From Candidatus Poribacteria bacterium (GTDB taxonomy: Bacteria; Poribacteria; WGA-4E; WGA-3G): DNA of 64,000 bases. This document shows, piece after piece, positions 61,442 through 64,000 of this stretch. A model generated the notes under the pieces. The model did not search any database. It saw nothing but the letters and a program-made list of their open reading frames with translations, and was not told where the DNA came from. The number at the start of each line of letters is the position of its first letter. Position 1 is the first letter of the stretch. The position numbers and the translations under genes were made by a program. The stretch is taken from NCBI GenBank assembly GCA_964291315.2, contig OZ219750.1:480001-544000 (forward strand). The letters run 5' to 3'.

Positions 61442-62800
61442 CTATTTTGCCAAATTCCGTGCCTCTTTGAATTTTTGTTTAGCGAATTGTCCCCATTCTT
61501 TGATTTTTTCGTTACGGATACTCGGATCTTTCCAGTCAGTAGTTGCCATCTGCATTGCCTCTTCTTCAGTTATAGGCATTTTCGTGAGCACAGTAATCGC
61601 TCTGCTTTGTTTTGTCGTATCTTTACACTTCTGAATGGTTTTCCATGCATTGATGAGATCTTTATGCGAATCAATAATCAGGACTCCAAAGAGGTCATTG
61701 ATAATACTCCACCGCGCACCGCCTTTGTCCGAATTATATTGAAATGGTGGTGTCTCTAAGGTGAACGGGTTCGGGACGACTCCTCTTTCTCCGAGTTTAT
61801 CATAGAGGGCGGGTAATACGCTTGCGCGGTTCAAACCACCTTTCCATTTAGGTCCCTCCGGATCGGTGTCCCGGAGCATCCACAGCTTCTGCGCGTCTTC
61901 AGATAAAACGAATTCGAGAAACTTCTGTGCGACTGTCATATTGGGTGCGCCTTTAAGGATCGCAATCGGGTCAGCAGTGACGACTCTACCGTTAGTTGGT
62001 ACGATGTATTTAATCTTATCTGCACCGATGGACACAATGTGCCAGTAGGCATAAAAGTCTATAGCGAGTCCGTAGATGACTTGTCCTGCGACGACATCTG
62101 TTGGAATGGCGTTAGCGCCCGCGGAGAAAATTCTGACATTACCCGCCATTTTTGTTAAAAGCGCGAATCCTTCCTCCCATCCGAGGGTTTGAAGGATAAT
62201 CTCGTACATCATGTGTGCAGATCCGCTTTCTCTTGGGTCGGCTGCGCCGATTCTACCAATAAGGGCGGGGTCGCCTAAATCTTGCCATGCTTTAGCTGCG
62301 GGGAGTTGGAGCATTGCGCGGAGTTCCTCATTGTACATGATACCGAAACTAGATAAAGCCGCGCCGTACCATCGGTATTCGGCATCGTAGAGAGGAACGC
62401 CTTGAAAGGATTGCATCATCTGCGTGAGTTGGGCCTCAGGCAGTTTATAGGCGTGTAGCCAGCCCATTTTTGAGAGGCGGAGGTAGTTGTCAGTGCCGCC
62501 ACCAAAGAAGATATCAATGCCGATACTTTCTGGTACCCGATTAAACTCTGATTCAATAAATCGGTAATTGGAGGAGGTTCCGCCCACATCTCGCCAATCG
62601 GTTTTCACTGTCCTACCGGTCTGTTTTTCATACCATTTCTCAAAATTTGTGCCGAATTCTGTCTCGATGCCTTCTGGGTGTGGAGAAATGATGATGAGTT
62701 CATCTTGGGCCGGCGAGAGAACTGGAAGCAGGAGAAAACATAATACTGTGATCCAAAGTATTGACTTAAAATATTGCATTTTTCGATACGCCTTTTTCAT
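61442..62800 (-). CDS. ABC transporter substrate-binding protein (Fe3+/AfuA-like family)
   Basis: Signal peptide, IISPH, DIFFGGG, ADPRESGS, IDFY, DPIAILKG..N...A..F..FVLS..AQ; start uncertain. Confidence 0.82.
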   Translation of the reverse strand: MKKAYRKMQYFKSILWITVLCFLLLPVLSPAQDELIIISPHPEGIETEFGTNFEKWYEKQTGRTVKTDWRDVGGTSSNYRFIESEFNRVPESIGIDIFFGGGTDNYLRLSKMGWLHAYKLPEAQLTQMMQSFQGVPLYDAEYRWYGAALSSFGIMYNEELRAMLQLPAAKAWQDLGDPALIGRIGAADPRESGSAHMMYEIILQTLGWEEGFALLTKMAGNVRIFSAGANAIPTDVVAGQVIYGLAIDFYAYWHIVSIGADKIKYIVPTNGRVVTADPIAILKGAPNMTVAQKFLEFVLSEDAQKLWMLRDTDPEGPKWKGGLNRASVLPALYDKLGERGVVPNPFTLETPPFQYNSDKGGARWSIINDLFGVLIIDSHKDLINAWKTIQKCKDTTKQSRAITVLTKMPITEEEAMQMATTDWKDPSIRNEKIKEWGQFAKQKFKEARNLAK

Positions 62801-62889
62801 ATGTAATAATATCTAATTGCTACTGATTCATCGTGTTTTTGCGAAAGATTCATGGGCAGTACGTGTGTGGTTCAAATCGACGGATCCAA

Positions 62890-63861
62890 TTAACGTGAAA
62901 ACACTGATTGCTGATCGAAAATGTACTCTAGCGGATTCACCCACTTTTTTTGTTTTATGTCATAAACGCCGTAGTGTAGATGGGCCCCGGTGCTGCGTCC
63001 TGTGTTCCCGACGTAGCCAATAACCTGGCCTCGTTCCACCTTTTGTCCGACTTTGAGTCCCTCTGGGTACCCTTTCAAATGTGCGTACAACGTTTTGAAG
63101 AGAAAACCATCATGTGTGATTTCAACGACTTTTCCGAGATAGCCGGCCCTTTTAGCCTTCACGATTGTTCCGTTAGCAGCGGCAATGACAGGAACTCCGG
63201 CGCGGGTTTTAATATCCAATCCTTGGTGGAATTCTCGTTTTTTTGTGAATGGATGGATACGCGACCCAAACTGAGAAGAGTACCAAAACCCATATTTCTC
63301 TCCATCTGCCTTTTCGAGTTTGACAGGGAGGATCGAAGGATGACCATCGATCTGTTTTTGATATTCACTGACATGGTCATAGAGAGGTTGCATTTCCTTT
63401 TTGAGGATACTCGGTGTTAGTGGATTCTGTTTTTCGTCTGCCTCGGTCGCAGTATTGATGATTGCATAAGTATGTTCTTGCTGGAGGTTTGTATGTTTTT
63501 CGCTTTCTTCCGAAGTCCAAGTCATATTAACGTTCATACCGCCTTGCCCGAAGATTCCCAGAATCTCCTGAATCTGTCTAGTCATTTGACGGATGCCGTT
63601 CATTTCCTCATCGATAGTATTGAGCTGCGATTCGACTTGGTATTTCGCATGCCCTAATTCCTCTAATTTTTCTATACTTATCTGCAAACTTTTTTCAGAT
63701 GTGACTCTTTGCTGTTTTTGAAAGAGTCCGTAGCCTAATCCACCGATCCCTGCTGAGATTAAAGCAGAGAAAACAATAAAGAAAAGCAACACCTGTTTTT
63801 GGTTTATTGTTTTCTGATGGACTGAATCTCCGCGGGATGACATAAAAATAAGTGTGTACAT
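62890..63861 (-). CDS. M23 family metallopeptidase with N-terminal TM/coiled coil
   Basis: HQGLDI, YAHL, GNTGRSTGAHLHY. Confidence 0.92.
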   Translation of the reverse strand: MYTLIFMSSRGDSVHQKTINQKQVLLFFIVFSALISAGIGGLGYGLFQKQQRVTSEKSLQISIEKLEELGHAKYQVESQLNTIDEEMNGIRQMTRQIQEILGIFGQGGMNVNMTWTSEESEKHTNLQQEHTYAIINTATEADEKQNPLTPSILKKEMQPLYDHVSEYQKQIDGHPSILPVKLEKADGEKYGFWYSSQFGSRIHPFTKKREFHQGLDIKTRAGVPVIAAANGTIVKAKRAGYLGKVVEITHDGFLFKTLYAHLKGYPEGLKVGQKVERGQVIGYVGNTGRSTGAHLHYGVYDIKQKKWVNPLEYIFDQQSVFSR

Positions 63862-64000
63862 TCAAATGTTTCTCCTTTGTAATTTGTTGTGAATTTATAA
63901 AGTTTTTAGCGTGTAAAACCTTTAATATCGAAATTAACGGGGGTATTATTGTTCTTTGTGGTGCCGACGCACCTGCTCTGTTTGGTATGTCCGAGATTTG

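Overview
Bacterial chromosomal window. It is most consistent with Candidatus Poribacteria; this is an inference from EutN/CcmL shell genes, LamG/NPCBM/malectin proteins ending in a V(D/E)PxxKLxTxW motif, FlgD-Ig/T9SS-like C-terminal domains, and CRTAC1 and FGE proteins. Housekeeping genes include ndk, groES-groEL, rpsU, rimI, rnpA-yidD-yidC-jag-mnmE, an RluB-like pseudouridine synthase, pdxJ, a glutamate dehydrogenase, glnE and tatD. These are interleaved with many secreted or surface proteins and several decayed genes and elements. Highlights: (1) a thioredoxin-TPR protein split by an in-frame TGA in a W-U-G-W-C motif with a SECIS-like hairpin, a probable selenoprotein missed by the ORF track; (2) four unrelated secreted-domain proteins sharing a C-terminal putative sorting signal, in the same window as a ~1700-aa PorU/gingipain-like C25 peptidase; (3) a perfect sigma54 promoter with enhancer-like palindromes upstream of groES-groEL; (4) a family of TIR-bounded MITE-like elements carrying GTAG-REP hairpins; (5) a consensus sigma70 promoter firing antisense through a methyltransferase gene toward yihY; (6) an HNH nuclease in the slot usually held by rpmH; (7) a stand-alone dsRBD protein downstream of rpsU; (8) a mosaic FGE/HExxH surface protein bracketed by 73-bp direct repeats. 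No rRNA, tRNA or CRISPR array was seen. All family assignments come from motif recognition by eye, not database searches.
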